DNA of 64,000 nt, from the IMG/VR virus record IMGVR_UViG_3300032290_001644, positions 1 to 64,000 of that record. The stretch is one strand, 5' to 3'. Each line of letters begins with the position of its first letter. Position 1 is the first letter of the stretch. The translations under genes were made by a program, and so were the position numbers. Source of the stretch: a virus (Duplodnaviria > Caudoviricetes). The notes below the pieces were generated by a model. That model did not search any database. It was not told the origin of the DNA and worked only from the letters and a program-made list of their open reading frames with translations. This document shows positions 29,133-38,362 of the stretch, in pieces.

Positions 29133-30482
29133 TTATCTTTCATCGTTGTTAGCACTATATTTTAAACTCCTTAGATTTTTAAGGACCTTTGCCGTAAGCT
29201 CTTTCTCTTCCTCAACCAAATCTTCTAGTGCGTAGAGCAACTTGCTAAATTTTTCCATAAAAGACTCTTCAGATACCTCAACCTTGTTAATATCTATCTC
29301 TTGGTATTGACCTGGTGATAGACTAAATTTTTGATCGTGTACCACCGTTTGATCAATATCAACAAGGAAATCAAGCTTCTCAATTTGTTCACCAGCTCGC
29401 CACTTACCTAACTGGTCGATTACTCGGTCAATCACCTCATCCTTAAGCTCATTTTGCTTGCGATTGATCGGTGTACCTTGGCTTGCTAAATCTATCAGTA
29501 GCATCTTGCCAGCTCTAGCCTTTGCCTTGTTCAGTACCCAAATAGAGCATGGGATACTTGTACTCATGAAGAGTTTTGGGGGTAGTGTGATAATAGCTTC
29601 CACTAAATCTTGCTTCACTAAATATTCCCTTACCGCTAGCTCATCCTTTTGAGCGGTTGTGAGAGCACCATTAGCCATGATAATACATGCAATCCCGTCA
29701 TCTTTTAGGTGATACAAGCAATGGAGGATCCATGCAAAATTTGCGTTATTAGAAGGTGGCGTTGGGAAGTCTTTAAATCTTGGATCCGAGGCTAAGTGTA
29801 ATCCACTATCCCATCCTTTTTGATTGTATGGAGGATTGGCTAGGATGATATCTGCTCGCAAATCGATATGTTTTGGGGTATCCATAGTGCTACCTGGTAG
29901 TCTGCCAAAGTCATAATCCATCTGGTACAACAAAGCATTGACACAAGCAATCTTCCAACTTGTTGAATTAAACTCCTGGCCATAGTACTCAACCTCACAA
30001 TGTTGCATGACTCTTGAAATATGTTTATGAGCAAGTACAAGTAAGCCAGCCGTACCCATAGCAGGATCATAGATTTTCAGCTCATGTCCCTTACCTAGTA
30101 GACCAATCTTGATGACAAGCATTGCTAGTGAGGGGGGAGTATAGAAAGCCCCCAGCTTTTGAGCATCTGCTCTACTCATCAAGCCTTCAAACACAAGACC
30201 TAAATCATCCACATCACCGCATAAATCGAATGTTTTTACTTCATTGTAGATAGCAAGAGCTTTCGTTGACTGGAAGACGCTAGGCTCAAGTAAAAAATAA
30301 AATTTGTCTTCATGCTCATCACGCAAATGTCTGACCGCCAATTCAAGCTGGGATGATGATGCATAATCTTTATCCCCTGCAATCATTCGTAGTAATAGAC
30401 TTTGGACAACAATTTTGGCAATTTGCTCTTCAGTCAGGTGATTTCTATAGGCTTGATAGAGAGCTTCAATCTGATCTTTCAT
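29133..30482 (-). CDS. hsdM: Type I R-M HsdM-like N6-adenine methyltransferase (orphan)
   Basis: FYTP, IYDPAMGTAG, YGQE, NPPY, NANFAWILH, FSLSPGQY. Confidence 0.9.
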   Translation of the reverse strand: MKDQIEALYQAYRNHLTEEQIAKIVVQSLLLRMIAGDKDYASSSQLELAVRHLRDEHEDKFYFLLEPSVFQSTKALAIYNEVKTFDLCGDVDDLGLVFEGLMSRADAQKLGAFYTPPSLAMLVIKIGLLGKGHELKIYDPAMGTAGLLVLAHKHISRVMQHCEVEYYGQEFNSTSWKIACVNALLYQMDYDFGRLPGSTMDTPKHIDLRADIILANPPYNQKGWDSGLHLASDPRFKDFPTPPSNNANFAWILHCLYHLKDDGIACIIMANGALTTAQKDELAVREYLVKQDLVEAIITLPPKLFMSTSIPCSIWVLNKAKARAGKMLLIDLASQGTPINRKQNELKDEVIDRVIDQLGKWRAGEQIEKLDFLVDIDQTVVHDQKFSLSPGQYQEIDINKVEVSEESFMEKFSKLLYALEDLVEEEKELTAKVLKNLRSLKYSANNDER

Positions 30483-30540
30483 GGTTTTCCCCTATGTTGT
30501 GTATGTTCAACCTATAAACACATGACACTATCTTTTTATT

Positions 30541-31116
30541 TTACTTCCCGCAAGTCTCATGTCTATGGTGCCTATTGTATGCAAGCCACTTATCGTAGCA
30601 ACCTCTAAATTTAAGCATGTTTCTTGTGATTTGGAAACTCTTCTCAAGCTTGAATGCGAGCATACCTATGAAACCTTTGTAGATAACCATCCACTCATCA
30701 AGCTGCTCTACTGATGGGGAATTTTTCTCATAGTATCTACGATTGTATTCTTTTCTTGATAAAGCTACTTCCCCCATCGGTTTTCTTCCTCGCTTCATTC
30801 CAGTGTGATGGATACCATTCACTTTTGCATATTCCCGTAAATATGGGACATCCATGTTGAAATGCTCAGCAATTTGTTTCCAAGTAAGTTGTTGTGCTAA
30901 AACTCTTTTAAATTCCGTTAGGTTTAGTTTTGCATATCGTGTTGAGGTTTTTAAACTCTTTAAACATTTCTTTTTGTGTTTTTCATCAAACTCACCGGCT
31001 TCAAGTTGGTCTTCCAGTTGCACTAGCCGATCATTAGGATCTACTGGCATCTCTAGTAAAACTTCAAAAATGCTTCGGGGTATTTTAGACTGAAGGTTTT
31101 TTTTAGCATGTAGCAT
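30541..31116 (-). CDS. HTH-array family protein (paralogue of 31135-31695)
   Basis: LTWKQIAEHFNM HTH; RRYYEKNSPSVE shared with its neighbour. Confidence 0.7.
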   Translation of the reverse strand: MLHAKKNLQSKIPRSIFEVLLEMPVDPNDRLVQLEDQLEAGEFDEKHKKKCLKSLKTSTRYAKLNLTEFKRVLAQQLTWKQIAEHFNMDVPYLREYAKVNGIHHTGMKRGRKPMGEVALSRKEYNRRYYEKNSPSVEQLDEWMVIYKGFIGMLAFKLEKSFQITRNMLKFRGCYDKWLAYNRHHRHETCGK

Positions 31117-31134
31117 TTTTATCTCCGTTTTTGC

Positions 31135-31695
31135 TCATTTGTTAAAAAAGTCATATTTACCACCATTCTTAAAGTAATCCTTCCAAGTTTGGTATCTACC
31201 ACGATGACGCAACATGTTTTTAGTGATAGCAAAAGTCTTGTTTAGCTTATATGCGAGTATGCCAATATATCCACCGTATAGTACCATCAAACGGTCTAGC
31301 TCCTCTACGGATGGTGAATTTTTCTCATAGTACCTACGCACACGCTCGCTATTTGTCAAAGCGGTTGTACTCAACTTCTTACCCCTAGGCATTCGCTCCT
31401 TAGTGATACCATTTGCTCTAGCGATATCTCTTACCCGCTGGGGGGTATCTCCAAGCTTGTCGGCAATTTGATGCCAAGTCAATTGTTGGCTACATAGCAT
31501 TTTCAAATCAAGTAAATCAAAAGTGTACTGTCTCTTCCTATCACTTCTTTTTGCGTTGTAGTACTCTTCATCACAATGCTCATCCAGCAGTTTAGCCTCT
31601 AGATCTAAAAGTCTTTGATCATATTCGGTTGGTGCTGATTGGAGAACATCAAAAAGATCAAGCATTCGATGTTTAGTTTGTTTACCAAATCTCAT
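31135..31695 (-). CDS. HTH-array family protein (paralogue of 30541-31116)
   Basis: LTWHQIADKLGD HTH; RRYYEKNSPSVE. Confidence 0.7.
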   Translation of the reverse strand: MRFGKQTKHRMLDLFDVLQSAPTEYDQRLLDLEAKLLDEHCDEEYYNAKRSDRKRQYTFDLLDLKMLCSQQLTWHQIADKLGDTPQRVRDIARANGITKERMPRGKKLSTTALTNSERVRRYYEKNSPSVEELDRLMVLYGGYIGILAYKLNKTFAITKNMLRHRGRYQTWKDYFKNGGKYDFFNK

Positions 31696-31988
31696 CTTTT
31701 CTTTCTCCTATAGATACCTAGTGAACGATCTTGTAAATCGTCAAGCTTTGCTCGTGCTTCTGGAGATAGGTCCATAAAAAAGAGTGTGAAAAGGCAGCTC
31801 TCTTTGATCGTGCTAGCGTACTTTTTTTGCTCAATCGTTAAATCATCCTTGAGTAGGTACTGGGTACAATATTCCGCTAGATCTTTGTATTGCACTCTTA
31901 ACTTACCTGGATCTTCCCCAAGCCTACTAGCATATTCGATTGCATGGAAATCCAGATTGATCTGATTTTTGATTTCTTGATTAGTCAT
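31692..31988 (-). CDS. Hypothetical protein
   Basis: Coupled ORF. Confidence 0.4.
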   Translation of the reverse strand: MTNQEIKNQINLDFHAIEYASRLGEDPGKLRVQYKDLAEYCTQYLLKDDLTIEQKKYASTIKESCLFTLFFMDLSPEARAKLDDLQDRSLGIYRRKKR

Positions 31989-32460
31989 TTTTCTTATTTC
32001 CTTTGGGTAGTAAACCGAGTGCTTTTGCTCTATATCTAGCGGAGTCGATTGTGATACCTAGCGTTTTACTTATCTCACGCCAGCTTAATCCTTGCTCATA
32101 TACTGCTTTAAATTGGTCCGCAACAAGGTCAAGATCAGTGTATCCCTTGTTTTTATGCTGGCCTAAATGTCTCAAAGCATAGTATCTGGCTTGCTCAGCA
32201 GTTACACCAAAAGCAGCACCTATTTGACGCCAAGGCTTCAATTCGATCATCATTTGCTCAAGCTTGATCAGATCCAGCTCCTTTACAGCGTTCTTGCGTA
32301 CCACTGAAGGCTTTTTGGGGGTAGTTATTTTTACTTGCTCTTTTGGTGGTACGATAGGAAGATCAATCTTCACTTGCTCTTTTGGTGGTACGATAGGAAG
32401 ATCAATCATTTGTCCATCTGTTGGCCTATAAATAAACGCTTTTGTTATTGTCATGATCAT
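31981..32460 (-). CDS. Two-HTH protein containing a 39-bp tandem duplication
   Basis: PWRQIGAAFGVT and SWREISKTLGIT; IDLPIVPPKEQVK occurs twice. Confidence 0.7.
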   Translation of the reverse strand: MIMTITKAFIYRPTDGQMIDLPIVPPKEQVKIDLPIVPPKEQVKITTPKKPSVVRKNAVKELDLIKLEQMMIELKPWRQIGAAFGVTAEQARYYALRHLGQHKNKGYTDLDLVADQFKAVYEQGLSWREISKTLGITIDSARYRAKALGLLPKGNKKND

Positions 32461-33053
32461 GCCTCACAATTTACTAATTTGACATTTCTTTTAGGTATAC
32501 CAGCATTGCGTATAATCGCATACAAGGTGCCAAGAGATACGCCACCTTGTGCAAGGATATCTTCAATCGGTAGGCCTTTTTTATATGCATCTAGAATCCA
32601 TTCACTTTTATCAAGTACCTGCTTTGTGATACCTTTTGGCCTACCGCCAACTCTTCCCCTTGCTCTTGCAGCCTTGAGGCCGAGCATGGTTCTTTCTCTG
32701 ATCATACCTACTTCCATCTCTGCCAGTGCACCGAAGATGTGAAAGATGAAGACTCCCATGTGCGTGCTTGTATCTATTCCATCGCTTGTCTTGAAATGAC
32801 AATCCTTGGCTTTGATTTGATCTACTAGCGAAATTAAATCTTTCATAGATCTACCTAATCGATCGAGCTTAGAGCATACCAAAGTATCACCCTTCTTTAG
32901 CTTGTTGAATGCTTTCTTTAGCTCTGGTCTTTCTTTTGATCTACCAGTAAATTTTTCTTGATAAATTGTGGTGCATCCAACCGATTTTAGATAGTCTATT
33001 TGCATATCTAGCGATTGATCTTCGGTCGATACTCTTGCATATCCAATTAACAT
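32457..33053 (-). CDS. Small serine recombinase (resolvase/invertase, Hin/Pin family)
   Basis: IGYARVSTEDQ, RPEL, KLDRLGRS, IRERTMLGL, RGRVGGRP and a C-terminal HTH. Confidence 0.95.
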   Translation of the reverse strand: MLIGYARVSTEDQSLDMQIDYLKSVGCTTIYQEKFTGRSKERPELKKAFNKLKKGDTLVCSKLDRLGRSMKDLISLVDQIKAKDCHFKTSDGIDTSTHMGVFIFHIFGALAEMEVGMIRERTMLGLKAARARGRVGGRPKGITKQVLDKSEWILDAYKKGLPIEDILAQGGVSLGTLYAIIRNAGIPKRNVKLVNCEA

Positions 33054-33114
33054 GTATTTGTCCTTGTGTGAGAAATTCTTCTAGTAAACACACAAGCAGG
33101 TGGTTTTTTATAAA

Positions 33115-33552
33115 TTATTTAAATTTTCGTACCGTATTCATGATTTCAGAAAGAGATTCATTGATTGCACCCATACAATTTTTTTCAAAGAATGTACCAA
33201 CTACACATCGGGTAAACTCGCAACATACTCTGCCTCGTATTTCATATTCCGCAGCAATGTTGAGCATTTGATTAGGGAAGTCGGAAGAGAAATCCAAAGA
33301 GAAAATGATTTTTACTGGATGCTCACCAGTGTAAAAAATCTCTAGTTTTGATCCATTCACCTTTGTTTCATATGGTAGTTTCAATCGTGCATAGAGTAGT
33401 TGGCACGCCAGCACTTGATTTGCCTCGATCATACAAATAGGACCAAATACATGTGTTAAACCCCAGATATCGATTTCATGTTTATTTTCCACCAAACCTG
33501 CTTCCCTTGCTGCATATCTTATATCTTCCGCCGATTTTTTTTGCTTTGCCAT
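33115..33552 (-). CDS. Hypothetical early protein
   Basis: Lies downstream of a TTGACA-N17-TATATA promoter near 33680-33708. Confidence 0.45.
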   Translation of the reverse strand: MAKQKKSAEDIRYAAREAGLVENKHEIDIWGLTHVFGPICMIEANQVLACQLLYARLKLPYETKVNGSKLEIFYTGEHPVKIIFSLDFSSDFPNQMLNIAAEYEIRGRVCCEFTRCVVGTFFEKNCMGAINESLSEIMNTVRKFK

Positions 33553-33713
33553 CTATACCCCCCAAATCAGATAGGTGTTGGTCCTAAGGTGCTACGCAAT
33601 CAACATGACAACAAAAAAACCGTCAACAACCAGAGAAAACGGTTTCAAACTCAACCAAAGGTTCAGACCAACAAAATTTATATAACAATATATAAAAATA
33701 TTGTCAACATTTT

Positions 33714-34103
33714 TCATGATCTAATTTTTGTTTGAGCGATTGTATTGTATCTTGTGATGAGTGCTGGTGATATCTCTCTGACTGCATCACTAAAGAAAAG
33801 TGTTATTGCTTGATCCAGATACTGGTACATAGGTTTTTGGGTAGCTGGAATTGTATTCGTTTCTAGCGTTTTACAAATCGTCTCAAGTGTATAGTCATAG
33901 ATACTTGATGCGTTAGGTGCATGACTATTCATATACATAGGCCTATTTGCCATCCACTGATTTAGAAATAAACTTGTATAGCAAGTAGGTAAAAATTCTA
34001 GGTCCGTAACTGGCTTCATTGGTTTTTCCTCCACACATGTACTTGTTCCATAATTGTCAGTAATACAAGTGAACAAAAACTTGTCATTGGTGCCAGTACA
34101 CAT
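33714..34103 (-). CDS. Hypothetical protein
   Basis: ORF in operon context. Confidence 0.35.
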   Translation of the reverse strand: MCTGTNDKFLFTCITDNYGTSTCVEEKPMKPVTDLEFLPTCYTSLFLNQWMANRPMYMNSHAPNASSIYDYTLETICKTLETNTIPATQKPMYQYLDQAITLFFSDAVREISPALITRYNTIAQTKIRS

Positions 34104-34252
34104 ACACTAAATAGACATGCAGTACACACTAGAGCAAACGATAGAATTTTAATATCTTCACGCTCAACCGCTACCTTGTATGTGAGGGATAAAAATGGAT
34201 TGATCATGATCCACATGATGATGATATTGATAAGTGCGAGTAAAATATACAT
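34016..34252 (-). CDS. Small membrane protein
   Basis: Three hydrophobic segments. Confidence 0.35.
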   Translation of the reverse strand: MYILLALINIIIMWIMINPFLSLTYKVAVEREDIKILSFALVCTACLFSVCVLAPMTSFCSLVLLTIMEQVHVWRKNQ

Positions 34253-34254
34253 AT

Positions 34255-34464
34255 TTATTCCAGCTTTGTTTTTAGACCTAGCTCACTTAAGTAAGCATTG
34301 ATCTTGATTTTGTGTTTTTGGATATCGTTTAAGAGTTGATTGATCTGATTGAGTGTTTCATCTAGATCAATCGCTTCTTCATCACTATGTTTTATTATAT
34401 ATCTAGGAATATTCAGATTGAAATCATTATTTTCAATTTCTGACAAAGAGACACTTCTTACCAT
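34255..34464 (-). CDS. Stand-alone HsdM C-terminal module (short type)
   Basis: VSLSEIENNDFNLNIPRYI...IDLDETL...INAYLSELGL. Confidence 0.8.
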   Translation of the reverse strand: MVRSVSLSEIENNDFNLNIPRYIIKHSDEEAIDLDETLNQINQLLNDIQKHKIKINAYLSELGLKTKLE

Positions 34465-34919
34465 GAAATCCCCAACATCTTTAGGTTTGCATCTAGCTTG
34501 TCTTCCAGCTCACGAAGTTGCTGCCTCATGACTGGTAGCGGTGTATCATATCTACGAATAAGCTCATCTAGTCTAGTATAGAGTTTGACAAGAGCTTCTT
34601 CATGTTGCGTGAAATAGGGGAGACCTATGATAAATTGTCTCAAAGCTTCCGTACTGATATCAATGTTTGTTATTTTCTCTGGTGCAATTGTAGGCCGGTA
34701 GTATTTTGGCCTATGCTCAATCGTGTCAAAGAGTCTTGCCTTTAGATCAGGGTAATCGGACCAATCAAGACTATCAATATCAACCTTGGGAATACCCCCC
34801 AGCATATGAGCCTCTATATCGTGGATATCTTCAGGCTCAATATTTGGTATGTACCGGTTAATTGCTAAGTTATACTCTTTCTCTTCAATCTCTTTGAGTG
34901 ATGCCAAATACTCTTTCAT
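34458..34919 (-). CDS. Stand-alone HsdM C-terminal module (long type)
   Basis: ASLKEIEEKEYNLAINRYI...HMLGGIP...RYDTPLP...LKMLGISW; ATGA overlap with the upstream core. Confidence 0.8.
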   Translation of the reverse strand: MKEYLASLKEIEEKEYNLAINRYIPNIEPEDIHDIEAHMLGGIPKVDIDSLDWSDYPDLKARLFDTIEHRPKYYRPTIAPEKITNIDISTEALRQFIIGLPYFTQHEEALVKLYTRLDELIRRYDTPLPVMRQQLRELEDKLDANLKMLGISW

Positions 34920-35959
34920 GCTTGTTGCTCCCCAATCACTTCTAAGATCTTGTTTGTGCGTAGTCTATTCTTCTTACCAACCTTCTCAAACTCTTCGCTT
35001 GCATCTATAAAGAGAATGTCGGTTCTTGGTCTATTCTTCTTGAGTATGATCATGCAAGTAGGGATATCCGTTTGTTGGAAGATCTTGGGGGGTAGACCTA
35101 TGATCGTATCTATATAGTTTTTCTTGATCAATTGCTCCCGTATCTTTTGCTCACTACTACCTCTAAACAGCACACCATGCGGTAGTACGATTGAGCAAAT
35201 ACCATCATCTGATAAGTGGCTCATCATATGCTGGACAAAGGCAAGATCAGCCGTCTTTTTAGGTGCTAGTATGCCTTCAAATCGTGGATCATCTTTCATT
35301 TTATCTTGTTCCCATGCAACACTAAACGGCGGATTTGCTAGGATTGCATCAAACTTTTGTCCCACATGTTGGGGATTTGCTAGAGTATCCCCCCATCTAA
35401 TATCACATTGATCAGGTGCTAAACCGTGAATTAACAAGTTTTTCCTACAAATCTTGAAAGTCTCTTTGTTTAGCTCTTGACCATAGAATTTGTTCACTTT
35501 ACCAACACCTTGCAAGATTAGGCCTCCCGCACCACATGTTGGATCATAGATTGATTTAGTTTTACTTGTGATTGTGAGCGTAGCTTGTAATTCTGCCAGC
35601 TCCTTAGGCGTGTAAAATTCGCCAAAGATTGCGGAATTGCCTTTACTAAAAAAGCCTAAGATCATCTCATAGATATCTCCAAAAGAATGACTATCAATCT
35701 TTGAGATATCCAGCTCCGGTAGGATCTGATCTACTAGCGTCTGATCTTTGAATAGGTCCGTATCAAATAGATCAATCTCTTGTGCGTGGGGGTACATGCG
35801 ATTTAATTCGTGCATACCTTCATAAACACTACCGCTAATCTTGTGCCTACTACTTAGCATTTGGTAGGCAATCAGGGACAAGATAAAATTCGTGTATTGT
35901 GTTGTTTCCATCTTCCCACGCAAGAGAGTGGCAACCTTTAGTAATTGATTTTCGTTCAT
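34916..35959 (-). CDS. hsdM: HsdM-like N6-adenine methyltransferase catalytic core lacking its C-terminus
   Basis: EFYTP, IYDPTCGAGG, YGQE, NPPF, ADLAFVQH, LPHGVLFRG; ends shortly after ILFIDAS. Confidence 0.88.
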   Translation of the reverse strand: MNENQLLKVATLLRGKMETTQYTNFILSLIAYQMLSSRHKISGSVYEGMHELNRMYPHAQEIDLFDTDLFKDQTLVDQILPELDISKIDSHSFGDIYEMILGFFSKGNSAIFGEFYTPKELAELQATLTITSKTKSIYDPTCGAGGLILQGVGKVNKFYGQELNKETFKICRKNLLIHGLAPDQCDIRWGDTLANPQHVGQKFDAILANPPFSVAWEQDKMKDDPRFEGILAPKKTADLAFVQHMMSHLSDDGICSIVLPHGVLFRGSSEQKIREQLIKKNYIDTIIGLPPKIFQQTDIPTCMIILKKNRPRTDILFIDASEEFEKVGKKNRLRTNKILEVIGEQQA

Positions 35960-35974
35960 GTAATTGGCCTTGAT

Positions 35975-36439
35975 CTATGTAGTTTTTTTCTGTCTACTTG
36001 GTTTACGCTGCTTTACAAAGCCTATTCTTTTGGCGTAATCTCTTAGTGCTTGAATAGATACACCATACATTTTAGCAATTTCCCACCACGCTCGTTCAGG
36101 GGTAGCGAGTGCAATAAACTCTTGAGCGGTTGGTAGCTGTACCCGTATTACCGTATTGAGAGGCGTCTTACGGATACCGATTGCAAGTACTCTTTTTCTC
36201 AAAGCAGACCGTTCCATCTTTAGCTCACGCTCCATTTGTCCCCAAGTTTTTGTATGTGCAAAGACTGCTAGGATCATGTCATCGGTAATATGATCATAAG
36301 TCTCTCTTGGCTTTCTTGCCTTTGGCTCTTGTGCTTTTTGTACCTTCTTTGTCTTTGGTTTGGTCTGCTTTCCAAGTACTTCCCCTCGCTCAATCATGCG
36401 TTCGATTTGGCGTAATCGTTCATCATCTTGTGTTGTCAT
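35975..36439 (-). CDS. Two-HTH protein (HTH-array family)
   Basis: DDERL leader; TWGQMERELKM and AWWEIAKMYGVS. Confidence 0.7.
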   Translation of the reverse strand: MTTQDDERLRQIERMIERGEVLGKQTKPKTKKVQKAQEPKARKPRETYDHITDDMILAVFAHTKTWGQMERELKMERSALRKRVLAIGIRKTPLNTVIRVQLPTAQEFIALATPERAWWEIAKMYGVSIQALRDYAKRIGFVKQRKPSRQKKTT

Positions 36440-37174
36440 CTAAACCTTCTTTGTTCTAGCATGTCTTTCTTTTAAAAAACCGTGTGTTTTCGCATAGCTA
36501 TGAGCGGATGATGCTACTACGCCAAAATGTGACGCAATCTCTTTCCAGGTCAAATTTTGTCTCACAAGCTCTTTAAATAGATCTTGATCTAAAATCATTC
36601 GCTTGTAATTTCGAGTCTTTTTTATACCTAAGGTTTTTGCATGCTTACATAAAGCGGTCCGACTGATATTTAGTTTCTTACTGATATCATCCCATGAGCT
36701 ATCACTATTCGCAAGCTCCAGCATGGTTTCATAGCTGGGTAATTGAATGTTATTTGTTCTTCTATATTTTTTTCTCATACGAGGCTGGATAACGCCTTTT
36801 CTTTTCATCCTATTGTATAGAGCGGATGCCGTCACGCCAAGGGTAGGTGCAATTTCTGATAGAGACTGTGTGCTATATTGCTCACACACATCCCAAATTT
36901 GGTTATCAGTCAGTACTTTCTTCCAATGACATTTATGCTTTTGGATACCTAGCTCGATTGCCTGCTTGCGTGCTTTGGTAGCACTCACATTGACCATATC
37001 CCCAATTTGTTTCCATGTTAGATCATCAGATACAAGATTTTTGAATTGCTCCATGGTACATTCAATTGTCCTTCTCTTTTTGCGTGTTTGTACGCTTGGG
37101 GGATTGGCCAGATTATTTTGCTCAATCATTTGCTCCAGCATTTCTAATCGCTCATCGTCATATTTGTACTTCAT
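36440..37174 (-). CDS. Four-HTH protein (HTH-array family; likely start MKYKY)
   Basis: DDERL leader; four units LTWKQI, SLSEI, SSWDDI and LTWKEI. Confidence 0.75.
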   Translation of the reverse strand: MKYKYDDERLEMLEQMIEQNNLANPPSVQTRKKRRTIECTMEQFKNLVSDDLTWKQIGDMVNVSATKARKQAIELGIQKHKCHWKKVLTDNQIWDVCEQYSTQSLSEIAPTLGVTASALYNRMKRKGVIQPRMRKKYRRTNNIQLPSYETMLELANSDSSWDDISKKLNISRTALCKHAKTLGIKKTRNYKRMILDQDLFKELVRQNLTWKEIASHFGVVASSAHSYAKTHGFLKERHARTKKV

Positions 37175-37416
37175 AATCACACCTTCCCTTGAACAAGCTT
37201 GCATCTGAAAGTGGTTGCATTCCATCTATATCTCATATCTTGCACCTTCTCAGTGACTTCTGGATCAGTGAGAGCACACGATTTTTCTAGTGGAATTTGA
37301 AAATCAAAAACTATTTCATCTACCACTAGACGCAGTAATAATATATTGCCAAACATAGTGAGTCTCCTTTGTGTCAATACGAATATAAACACACGAGGCA
37401 ATCAATTTTTCAAGCC

Positions 37417-37540
37417 TTTCGTATATATTTCTTCATATACTTTTATACGAAACGGGGTATATCGAAAATCGTTGATTTCAGCAAGAAAACAAGGATTTAT
37501 ACGAAACGGTATTTTATACGGAAGGGACGACTCGTATAAA
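37417..37540. promoter_or_regulatory. Cluster of TATACGA(A) half-sites (operator or res-like site)
   Basis: TTTATACGAAACGG at 37442 and 37496; TTTATACG-N12-CGTATAAA at 37513-37540; TTTCGTATA at 37417. Confidence 0.55.
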
Positions 37541-37550
37541 TATATTGGCT

Positions 37551-38159
37551 TTACTTGAAATGAAGTGAGGCAAGCGACGCAAGCTCGGCGTGTGATGCTC
37601 CGCCAACCCACTTTTCTATTGTCTCTCGTATTGTCTTCATCGTTTGGATTTGATCATAAAGCTTGGGGATATCATGCGTGTCTAGAGCTTGGTACTCTTG
37701 CAAGTCTTTCTCGATCAACGCAAGCCTGCATGATAGCCTATATTGTATCAAAAAAAAGTGTACTACTCTGGCACTCACACGATGAGCGATGAGTAATTTT
37801 GTATGAGCATGTACTAAATCCTCTTCAGTACGATACACAATGTCAGTGGTACGAGTAGATAAAGACCGGTACGGCTCAAGCTCTTCCAAAAGTGTATCAA
37901 TCGTGTCTTGACGCAATTTTTTTAACCGATTGAATTGCTGGTGTAGTGTATGTCTGATTTCATCTCTCACTGGATTTTCACTCATCTTCAAGTGGTACTC
38001 AAGTAATAGCTCCTGCTCTCTCTTGTACACTAGTGCATGCAGATCAAGTAAATCATCATCAGTAAATTTTGAATTAGTACATGCCTTGTGCTTGAGTATC
38101 CAGCTGGGGATATCATCTTTGTGAGGAAGAAGAATCATGCAGCATGCTCTCTGGCTCAA
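37551..38159 (-). CDS. Hypothetical helical protein
   Basis: 202-aa ORF in operon. Confidence 0.45.
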   Translation of the reverse strand: MSQRACCMILLPHKDDIPSWILKHKACTNSKFTDDDLLDLHALVYKREQELLLEYHLKMSENPVRDEIRHTLHQQFNRLKKLRQDTIDTLLEELEPYRSLSTRTTDIVYRTEEDLVHAHTKLLIAHRVSARVVHFFLIQYRLSCRLALIEKDLQEYQALDTHDIPKLYDQIQTMKTIRETIEKWVGGASHAELASLASLHFK

Positions 38160-38307
38160 TTCCTTGTTGTCTACAAGCTTTGTCTAAAACAATTCGTACC
38201 CACTGACTCAAAGTCTTACCATGTTTGAGTGCTACTTCTTTATAGATATCTGCTCTAGCCTGATCCAGCATAACAATCATTGAATGTTTATCTTTTTTCT
38301 CGCTCAT
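38113..38307 (-). CDS. Ribbon-helix-helix (CopG-like) regulator
   Basis: SMIVML beta strand followed by KEVALKHGKTLSQWVRIVLDKAC. Confidence 0.65.
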   Translation of the reverse strand: MSEKKDKHSMIVMLDQARADIYKEVALKHGKTLSQWVRIVLDKACRQQGIEPESMLHDSSSSQR

Positions 38308-38335
38308 ATATACCTCGGTCGGTGTATGGTTTTAA

Positions 38336-38362
38336 ATCGTTCATGTGTATAGCATGAACGAT
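38336..38362. promoter_or_regulatory. Inverted repeat upstream of the RHH gene (candidate operator)
   Basis: ATCGTTCATG-N7-CATGAACGAT, perfect 10-bp arms. Confidence 0.55.

Noticed and set aside
32457-33053. Integrase or transposon
   Set aside because: At 198 aa it lacks the large recombinase/zinc-ribbon domains of integrases; no transposase or terminal repeats nearby.
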